A DNA stretch of 64,000 nt from Callorhinchus milii (taxonomy: Eukaryota), in the NCBI RefSeq assembly GCF_018977255.1, contig NW_024704742.1, positions 72,542,001-72,606,000 on the forward strand, given 5' to 3'. The position numbers and the translations under genes were made by a program. The notes under the pieces are model-generated. The model was not told where the DNA came from, searched no databases, and was given only the letters and a program-made list of their open reading frames with translations. Shown here in pieces: positions 54,163 through 64,000 of the stretch (its first letter is position 1; each line of letters begins with the position of its first letter).

Positions 54163-54456
54163 TCCTGTAGCTCAGTGGTTAGAGCACTCGCTTTGCAAAC
54201 AAGAGACCTGAGTTCAATTCCAGACAGGGCGAAACCTTGGGCAAGTTTCCTTACTCTACACGCCTAATAATAATCCCACCAAAAACAATAATAAATTGGT
54301 CATTTTCAATGTACGACTGTTTGTGGGGCATTGCTGTGCGCAATTGGCTGCTGCGTTCACCCACAAATATACAGTCAATTCACTTTACAATGTGTTCTGT
54401 GAAGCGCTTTGGGACATCCTCCTGACGTGAAAAGCGCTATATCAAATGCAAGGATT
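54163..54456 (+). mobile_element. tRNA-derived SINE
   Basis: Same family. Confidence 0.92.
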
Positions 54457-54868
54457 GGAGGACTTGTCACTTTAAAAATGTAATTTTGAAGTTGTTGCTG
54501 CGGCTTAGCTTCGTCTGTGTTCTTTATTTTGTTCCTAGCGCTTGGCTATGTGTGTGATCAGTGACGCAGGATGTCACAGTGCCACAGTCAGTCGGCTCGG
54601 CCACCAGGTGTAACTGCATTGTGTGCGTACATACGTAGGTGCTCTGTGACTCACGATGTCACAGGTCACTTTGACTTGGCGGCCACCAGGTGTAACTGCA
54701 GTGAAAAACGCAAAACTGAAAATGACTCATGAACGATAGGAGATACCCGAAAACAAATATGCCCATGTCACTCCAAGAGGCAAGACCTATCAGGTATAAA
54801 TCATGCCTCTACGTCAATTGGTTATTGAGATCCTTCTTGAAGCGCAGACAGACATTGTCATTTTATTA

Positions 54869-54929
54869 GTATATATATATATAGAAGATAGATAGATAGA
54901 AGAAGATAGATAGAAGATAGATAGATATA
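54869..54929. repeat. (TA)n/(GATA)n compound microsatellite
   Basis: tatatatatatatagaagatagatagatagaagaagatagatag... Confidence 0.9.
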
Positions 54930-55783
54930 CTGTCACTATACTAAAAGTTTGTTTAAATACATTTAATATGCATATTACACACACACACAGACTTAATCCT
55001 TGTATTTTATATTCCCTGCATTTAATACAGCACCTATAGTGTCAAAATGTCTCAAAGTACTTTGCAATAATTACTGTTATGTGTGCTAACTGTGTGATTG
55101 TATGCAAAGGCAGCAGCCAATTTCATAGAAATGTCTCACAAACACTCAGGAAGTGAATGACTTCATTTTATCTATGGCCAGGGAGAAAATGCCTTCTCTC
55201 TTCAAATAATGTCATGTGATCTAGTACATTTATGTCTTCAGAATACTGTAATGAGTCACTAAGTATGAAGTTACTTGAAGCCTCTATTTATACCAGAGCT
55301 GTAAGCTTGTATTTATTATATGTATCCACCTGAACAGGCAGACAGGTTTAACAGGATGACACATTTGATGAGTGTTAGAGTAGATTAATAATAATCCTTG
55401 CATTTGATACAGCACCATATCACATAATTGAGGTGTGTCAAAGCGCTTCACAGAATATATTGTAAAGTGAATTGACTATATTTTATGGGATAAACATGGT
55501 AGCCAATTGTGCAGCAAATGTTGTAATTATGTAGACTTAAACTTCTGAATTATGTACTGAAGCTCAGACATGTGGCTGCAACCCCTCACCCCCACTCACC
55601 TCCTTCACCCACCAATATCCACATTGTGATTCAATTCTTTCAATCATAGGACATTTAGACAGAAAGAAGATGTCAAAACCTTCAGCATTCTTGGTGGCAC
55701 AGAAATAAAAAATTCCACATTATTCAAATATTAAAATGTGGTTTAAAACAAATTGGAATTTTTTAAAATAATGCTGTGAGCTA

Positions 55784-56455
55784 CAGTAGAACCTCATTAA
55801 TCCGATCACGTGATTACTGAAACAGGTCGGGTGATTCAGGTCACTGATGTAATGTTAATGGCATTAGTATTGGATGAGGGTGATGAGCATTCAATAACCA
55901 TACTTTGCAATCTCATTAAAATAAAGGCATTGTCGCATTTAAAACAAAAGCTGTCACGTATTCAGCTTACCTTTTAAGAATGCATCCAACTTGTGTTCTG
56001 CCAATGCCAAAAGCTAACTGTGACTGTTGCGCTTGCTGTTTTTGATTAAGTCCATTCTCTCACACAAGGACAGCTCCTTCCATGGTGGCGTGTCTACAAC
56101 ACTTGTCAACAGTCACTTAATCAAAACAAACAATGTTCACACAAACCATGTGCTCTGAATACAGAATTGGCCGCAGGAGCTCAGGTTAGGCCGCGGGCAC
56201 CGGGTAAAATCGATTTTCAGCTCGCGCCGCTTCCGCGATCCCAACACTCCCCGCGCCGCGTATCCATGACCGGAGCCCACTCCACCCACAGTAGCAGCGT
56301 CGAGGATACAGTGCGAGAAGCCCGAGGCCTAGCGCACTCTGTACAGGTTAGTAGCGGAGGAGGGTGTTTGTAATGGGTTCGAAGTAGAAGAGGGAGTTGT
56401 AGTGGCCACAATCAATGACCGTTGTCCTGAATAGTGAGGTCTCTGGTTTACTGAG
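55784..56455 (-). mobile_element. pogo/Tigger-like DNA transposon relic with a decayed N-terminal HTH
   Basis: TA|CAGTAGAACCTC terminus. 55971-56091 translates, with a stop and a frameshift, to TPPWKELSLCERMDLIKNSKRNSH..FGIGRTQVGCILK, a CENP-B/psq-type HTH. Right end uncertain. Confidence 0.7.
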
Positions 56456-56769
56456 GCAGACAGACAATGAAAGAGACTTTGAAAATGTGCCCACAATTGT
56501 GTGGTGGCTGGACTACTGAATTAACCACAAACCAGCAACTTTGAGGAAATAGGACAGTGTAGTATTGGCTACAGATGGATGGCACGGCCTCATACAGTAA
56601 TATTCACAATACTACAGGGCAGCAATGAGACTTCATTTGTCTCACAAACCCAACTTGCCGAAAGTCAATGTCAAGGTTTAATTGTTTGCAACCAAATTCT
56701 AAATAAACCAATACACCAAGCTAAATTGGCTTTTTTTAAAACAAACTGCAGCTAGACTTTTCCAGAGCA

Positions 56770-58030
56770 CAACAACAACAACACTAAAATTACATTTATA
56801 AAGTGCCTTTCACGTCAGGAGGACGTCCCAAGGCGCTGGACAGACAGAGTGAAGGATCTGAGCTGAGCGTCGGGGTGGGGGAGGCAGGGAGATCGAAAGC
56901 ACGGTCGAAGAGTAGGGTCTTCCGGTGGGTCTTGAAGGTGGCAAGGGAGGGGGCGAGATGGAAGGACTGCGGGATGGAATTCCAGAGAAAGGGTGCAGAG
57001 TGGTGGAAGGGCCGCTCGCCAATAGTGGGGCCAGCAAAGCAGGGGACGTGAAGCAGGCCAGAGCCCACTGAGTGGAGGGAGCGAACATATTACAGCATAT
57101 GGTCTTGCTGAACTGATCTAGCTGGACGGCTTTGCAATCATTGTGCTGGCAGCTACTGTTTGTGTACCAACACTCCATTTCAACACCATAAGTACAACAA
57201 CAACTTGCATTTATATAGCGCCCTTCATGCGGGGTAGGGTCCCAGAACGCTTGACAGTGACGAAGTCTAACACCGAGCCTGGGGGAGAGGGAGGGGGAGT
57301 TGACCGTAAGCACAAACAAAAAAGTAGTTTTTAGTGGGGAATTTGAAAGTCGGGAGGGAGGGAACTAGGCGGAGGTGTTGAAGGAGAGAGTCCAGAGTTT
57401 CTGGACGTAGTGGCTGAAGGCATGGCCATGGGTGGTGGCGCGGAGGGAACAAGGGACAAACAGGAAGCCGGAGCCAACCGAGCAGAGGCAGCAGTGGTGG
57501 AGTGGGGAGTAAGCTGATTGGATAGGGAGGGAGGTACGAGGGCATGAAGGGATTTGAAAATTAATGAGAGGATCTTGAAATTAATACTTTTGGTTATTGG
57601 GAGCCAGTAGAAACTGACAAGGACTGATGTGATGGGGGTATGTAGTTTTGTGCAGTCCCACGAAGGCGGATGAGGGAGGATAGGTGGTGGATGAGGATGG
57701 CGTGATTAACTGTGTCGAAGGCAGAGGAGAGGTCCAGCAGAACGGCATAGCAGAGGGAACCCTGGTCACAGAGAGAGAAGACATTATTTGTTACTTTGAC
57801 GAGCGCTGTCTCTGTACTGTGGGCAGGGCCAAAACCGGACTGGAGGGAGTGGAGGAAGAGGTGTGAGCGAAGTTGATTTGCATCGACGCATTCCAAAACT
57901 TTGGCCAGGAAGGGCAAGTTTGAGATGGGTCTGAAGTTTGTGAGGTTGGAGGGATTGAGGGTAGGTATTTTAAGGAGAGGAGTGATAACAGTGGCTTTGA
58001 GGGGGAGTAGGCCAGAAGACTGAGGAGAGG
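56770..58030 (-). mobile_element. Two adjacent L2 fragments (56770-57085 and 57195-58030, the latter internally deleted)
   Basis: Two L2 tails. QSGFGPAHSTETALVKV...LLDLSSAFDTVNH. Confidence 0.85.
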
Positions 58031-58146
58031 GACTTGTTAATTGTGTAAAGTATGTTTTATATTGTACATTACATACGTAAAGACAGTTGGTCTTTAAATC
58101 GATTTTCTAGCATGCACTAGGTTAAAGCCAAAGTGAAGTATTTAAT

Positions 58147-58690
58147 CCTCCCTCCATAGGCTGCAGATCACCCAGAACTTTGCAAACCCGTGTCCTCTCC
58201 CACACCAGGCTCCATGAACCTATCACACCCATCCTCGCCCGACTCCACTGGCTTCCCATCACACAGAGAATACAGTTCAAGATCCTGGTTCTCACCTTCA
58301 GAGCCCTCCATAATCTTGCTGCCCCCTACCTCTGTGACCTCCCAACCCCGTAACAACCCGCTCACTCGCTCCATTCAGCGGGCTCTAGCCTGCTTCATGT
58401 TCCCCGCGTCGCTCACCCCACCATTGGTGGGCGGGCCTTCTGCCACTCTGCCCCCACCCTCTGGAACTCCATCCCGCAGTCCCTCCTGCTCGTCCCCTCC
58501 CTTGCCTCCTTCAAGATCCATCTCAAGACGCTCCTCTTCGACCGTGTTTCGATCACCCTGCTTCCCCCCCGCCCTCCACCCTTCCTGATCCCGACCCCCA
58601 GCTCAGTTCCGAAACTCTGACTGTCCAGCGCTTTGGGGCATTCTCCTGAACTGAAAGGCGCTATACAGATGTAATTTTGCTGCTGTTGTT
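58147..58690 (+). mobile_element. L2 3' fragment
   Basis: Reverse-complement match to the minus-strand L2 copies, with tail. Confidence 0.88.
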
Positions 58691-59039
58691 ATTGAGCATT
58701 ATTATCACTCTTTCTCCACGTATGGCCAAGGAGCATCATTTACAACATAATTCCCAATTAAGCTTCTTATTCATGGCTCAATATTAATCCATTTTTGTCA
58801 TAACATGTGTGAACTAAACAGCAAGACACTAGCTTTGATATAATATTATAAAATTTACACTCATCCAAACCACAGTGACAAGTAAAATATTGCACCTTCA
58901 AACTATGTGAAGTGTTGCAGGAGAGTACACTGAATAATGTTTGACTTTTTACAGATTCAGATCCTCAGACAACATTCTCAAGCTACACAGTGTTATAATA
59001 ATATAAATATATCTTATTATTATGTATTATTATATAGTG

Positions 59040-59515
59040 TTCAGGTCAGACCACACCTAGAGTAGTACTGCATATGGTTCTGGTCGCTGTGATGTAAAGG
59101 TTGCATTGCCTTAGAAACCTGCAGAGGAGAACAACAAAAATAATCCCCAGTGTCAGAGCAATGAGCTATGAGCAAGACAAGCTGGGGATCTTCAGTCTTG
59201 AGACAACTCAGAGGGGACCTCATATAGGTGTATACAACTTAAATGGAATTGAAAAAGTAAACCCAGATAAATACTTTAGGAAGCATCACTACTGCAGGAC
59301 AAGAGGACAAAAGTTTAGAGTTTTAAAGGGCAATTTCAGGACAAACAAGTTTTTCTTTACCAGACTGTAATTAACAACTGGAGCAGGTTACCAGGAAAGT
59401 TAAAAACAACTTGATTCTATGATGGGGGTGGGGGGGGGGGAAGAGGTAGGGTGTGCTCTGGAAGGATGAGATCAGTTGGGCCAAAGAGCCTTTTTCATCA
59501 AATCAATCTTGTGAT
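59040..59515 (+). mobile_element. Degenerate CR1 3' fragment
   Basis: VRPHLE...LQRRTTKIIP...RTRGQKFR. Confidence 0.8.
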
Positions 59516-60780
59516 CGGTAAGGCAAACTGCTGCATTCAGAATTGTGCTCATCACAATTGATACCACTGGTTCTCAATCAGTTATCACCTTTATATTGGG
59601 TTGTATGAATTTGCTGTCAGATCTCTATTGTGACCATTTCATCTGCACTCTACTTATCTATCAGTTCTGAACCAGTCTGTAAAATATCTGTCTGGTCATT
59701 CTCACCTTTGAGTTCATTGTCCCCAGTGATATGAAAACGATTAATGCCAGTATTTTGGACATTTTCATCCATATATTCACCTCTTACTAACATCTTTCCC
59801 TGGGATGCTAGGGTGCAGACCAACAGGGAATTCAACAGTTGTTTATGTTCCTGTGCTCTGATTTATACCATGTTGAAACCTGCCCTGGAGGGAGGCTGTA
59901 TTTCATGGCTGGCTGAATTGGGAGTGCAGTTTCACAAGGTTTATACTCCCAGGACTCTGTGAGTGCTAATTTCATTCTGGCATGAACTTTGGAGTGTAAA
60001 AAAGCTGTTGAAATGTCGCACAAATACCACAGCACTCAGGTATTAACTCCATAGTCAGGGTTATTTGCATGCTTATAGACTACAAAGCTAATGGTGAACA
60101 TTACTCTATGGTAAGATTTTGCTCTAAGTGCATATTTATTCAGGTCAATTGCTGCAATCCGACATGTTGGAAAAAATTATAATATTATACAGGAACCATT
60201 AGGATAATACAGTTTGGATTAATTATTCAAAACTGATGGGTTTTAGAATGAATTCTGTAATAAGCAGATTCTCTCAAGTTTATCAAGACTGAAACACACC
60301 GCAGCCACTCTCGGGTCAGTTGTTTACGCTGTAGTATAATTGTGAAAACAACGTTTTACATGACAAAAGCCTGCGAAACTGACAGCATCACCAGTGATCA
60401 TCTATCACAAGGAATGAAACACCATTCACTGAACTCCACCTCCCAGCAAATCCTGCATTCAGCTTAACTCAATAGATTGTTGCTGCAGAGAGAAAACAAT
60501 TAGCCCAGTGTTTAAGATGAAATGCAAAACCACTGCTGTAAATGACTAGCGGTACATGAGGGCAGCGTAGAAGGGTGACAGGATGTGCACTCGTCTCTTC
60601 AATTATACACACAAGTTCCTAATCGTGACTAGACTGGCAAGTGAAGGTCAGAGGTTTTAACACTCCAATCAAATCGTCTACTGATACCATAGGCAGTGGG
60701 AAGATTGGGTTAGAGTTCCCCCATAATCTATCCACAGCTCACGTCTTTAAGAGGGAACTGGAAGGGGAGGACCAAGCCAG

Positions 60781-61300
60781 TCATAAGAACATAGGAATTT
60801 GCTAGGCCAAAGAAGAACAAGGTCCATCTAGTTCGCCTTCCACCATCCTCACTTGACATGTCGTGTTCCAAACTATATACTGTATCCCGAGATATTATTT
60901 TCTAGCAGAAATCTATCTAATTTATTCTTGAAACAAACAACAAATATCTGCTTCCACTGTCTCCCTAGGGAGGCTGTTCCGTACGTTTACTACTTGCTCA
61001 CTGAAGTAATAATAATCCTTGCATTTGATATAGTACCTTATCACGTGTTCAAGACGTCTCAAAGCTCTTCACAAAATATACTATAAAGTGTTTATATTTA
61101 TATTTTGTGGGCGGAAGTAGTGTTTCCGCAGATTTGTTCTGAATTTACCCCCCTTCAATCTCAGGTCGTGTCCTCTGGTTCTACTGTTCAGTACAAGATA
61201 AAACAGCTTGTCATAGTCTACATTATCTAGTTCCTTCAGAATCTTAAAGACCGTAATCATGTCTCCCCTCAACCTTCTCCAGTGTGAACATGCCCAGTTT
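60781..61300 (-). mobile_element. CR1 3' end interrupted by a SINE tail (about 61008-61112)
   Basis: RRLRGDMITVFKILK...RTRGHDLRL. cataagaacatagg tail. Confidence 0.8.
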
Positions 61301-64000
61301 ATCTTCAGAGCATCCCCAGCCTGTGGCACTTAGGTCCCTTTTTGACCCTCTCCCAAGCTGGAATGCCGGCCCACTTCCTGTTGGGGGGGGCAGGGCTGCT
61401 TGTCGGGGCTTCTTCACCTCTGATTCACCAATGGATTTATTAGTCAATCCAACAGCTTGCCTGTCTGACAGGCGACCGACATTCTAACTGAGTTTTACTC
61501 AGCCCACCCACATTTTTTTTACCCTCCTTCTATGCTGACACACAAGAATCATGGCCACTTGGGTTACGTACAGAAGGATGACGCTATTGGAGTGTCAGTC
61601 TAGATTATGAGTTCAAGTCCCGTGTGGGGTTTGAACCTACGACTTTCTGACTCAAGAGATGAGCATGCTACCAACTGAGCCAGGCTGATGCACCTTAACT
61701 CACTACATACATCTAAAGAGAATTTGCCCATCTAAAATTGCTATGTGGCTGATAACCTGGGGTTGCAGGGTTCAACATTCAGCTGCTCCTACTTTGCTCA
61801 TATTAGGATGTTTATCATATGAGACTGGAAGGAGCCACCCAAACCCTGATCTTTGGCTTTAAAATAACTGCATGTGACAGTTATTTTAAATGGTCTTCTA
61901 CAAATGTGTGAAATTGCCTTCACAGCATGAGGAAATTTGGACAGATTGCACAGATATTTTCCTGCAAATCAGCCCGCAAGCATTTTTTTTGGAACATTCA
62001 TTCTATTTCTTTTTTCCTTTTGTTTGAATTGGCTTTCCACATTAATATAAAATTGCATCTCATCTGAATTAAACATCACTCGAGACTGCAAGATCGCTTT
62101 TAAAGCAGGTCATGTGTGCCATAGACTCCCGGTTACCAGAAGTGTGGCACACTTCCGACTCAGCAGAGGAATTTTGGGAGAGAATCTGGAAAGCATAGTG
62201 GCTGAATGCTTGGTCACAAATGATGGGGGAGAATAAAAGGATCAGAGAATGTGCAGTAGGCCTAAGTTTGGAAAACAAAAAGATTGCAGGAAAATCACAG
62301 CGTTGGGTGAGGTTAGGGTATGCAGGCACAAAGGAGTGAGAACTACACTTTGCAATATCAGGTGCTTTGAGACATCCTCCCAACATGAAAGGCACTATAT
62401 AAATGCAAGTTGTATTGTAATTATACTTCTATTCAAGGCTTTTCACAGATTTGGGACTGTGCTATGCTGGACACAATTTTACAGAAAGCAAAGAACTCCA
62501 GGAATGGGTGGATCTACAGAACCGGCCTAGGTAAGTTTATGTAGTCTGTTTGTAAAATTATATGGAATGTGGAAGGCGATTCATGACTCAACAAGTTTGT
62601 TCTCTCCTTAGATCGCGAAAAATATTTTCCTCTCTGGCCAATACCCAATTCACTCAATCTCACAACAGAGGCAATCAAATGCCATGAAGAATCCAAGATG
62701 ATAAAATCTGAAGCTTTGCCCTCTCCCCTCAGGGTAATGCTACAAAGGGCTAGGATATTAATGTAAGCCCTTTGGCAACCGGTGAACAACTGCTTAGGTG
62801 AAGGTGGATCACTCAATATTTCCTCCCCCTCCCCTCACCTCCCTATGTGCTTTCCAAGGCACCTGGGTTCAGTGATGGAAAAACTGAACTAGCAAAATCC
62901 AAATAGGATCGTTCATACATACGCAACAATGGGATTTAATACTGGAGCAGACCAGCCAGCCTGCCCAGAACATCCCGGTTTAATTGATTGACAGCCAAGT
63001 CGGCTTTGAGCTGATCGTCATAACCGTACAGCTCTTTATGGCCCAGAAACCCAGCCAGGTGTAAACTTTAATCTGCCATGTCCGGTAGATTTTAATACGA
63101 CTGAATACAAGATTATAGAATGCAACAAAAACACATAGCATTAGGAGGCTTTGATCGCTTTTAGCGATCCTGATCGGTTTAGGCTACTTTGCAGATAATT
63201 ATTCCATATACAAACACTTAAACTGACTCACAAAAACTTGCAATTGTTGGAATAATCTTCTACCCACCTACCCATACCAGGCAAGTGCTGCCCAGTTTGG
63301 AACTTGTATGTTTGTGTCAATTGTGAGTTTGTAAGCAGGAAAGTTGTCAACTCTACATTCACTGTAGAGTATTAGGTCAATAAAATAAAGCACCAATGTC
63401 AATTGTCATTCAACACAAGATTCCAGGACCTCAGCAGATTGCATTTAGATTTTCTGTGTCGCTTCACCTCCTTGTGGAATCAAGAAAAGGTTTTCATGCT
63501 TTTGAACATTACAAACAAATCATTATTCACTGAACTGAATGCCAGACTCATCCAAACATTAACTGTCAGAGACATTCAATGAGCCATTGCATCACTGCCT
63601 TCCTAGTTTTCAATACTGCTTCCTCATTCCCCTATGTCAGTTCCTTTTAAGATAGCTGACTACATGCAATCTGCTCAATTGCCTCATCTTACAATCTTAC
63701 ATCATCTTCAACAGGAACTGATGGCCAGAATATGCTCAGACGCTGCACTCCAAATCTTTTTNCATTGCTTCCATTTCTTTCTGCCAATACTGTGGTCAAA
63801 CTTGGCACCTAGCCTCCCTTATGGTCTGTAAATCAACCATCAATGAGATGTGGGCAAGATGCCACTCCTTCGCAAGGATTTGACAGAACAAATGGCAAGT
63901 TTCCACACTGAAATCGTGGACTTTAAGACAGAAACATAGATTTCTGTAGCCTATTTGCAATGCAGGATAAGCAAGAGATCTCAAGCAAGAGACAAGTTAC

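Overview
This is a eukaryotic, repeat-rich window, probably from a cartilaginous fish. A holocephalan/chimaera origin is inferred from the DeuSINE-type tRNA SINE plus the L2 and CR1 repertoire. The window lies inside one minus-strand gene, calcineurin A catalytic subunit (PPP3CA-like). Six coding exons are present (homologous to exons 3-8; 125/112/146/140/78/95 bp, all GT-AG and phase-consistent). Exons 1-2 and 9 onward were not found and presumably lie outside the window. The introns hold L2 and CR1 LINEs, tRNA-derived SINEs, MITEs, a pogo-type transposase relic and several nested insertions with visible target-site duplications (TSDs). Two observations stand out. (1) A candidate internal first exon in intron 4 (39701-39848, ATG to GTGAGT donor, in phase with exon 5) lies next to a CCAAT/GC-box/CRE cluster. 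It predicts an N-truncated, probably phosphatase-dead calcineurin A isoform with a distinct 49-aa leader. (2) About 300 bp downstream on the same strand, a Penelope-like palindromic element carries a minimal type-I hammerhead ribozyme fold. Most ORFs in the supplied track are retroelement-derived or spurious.
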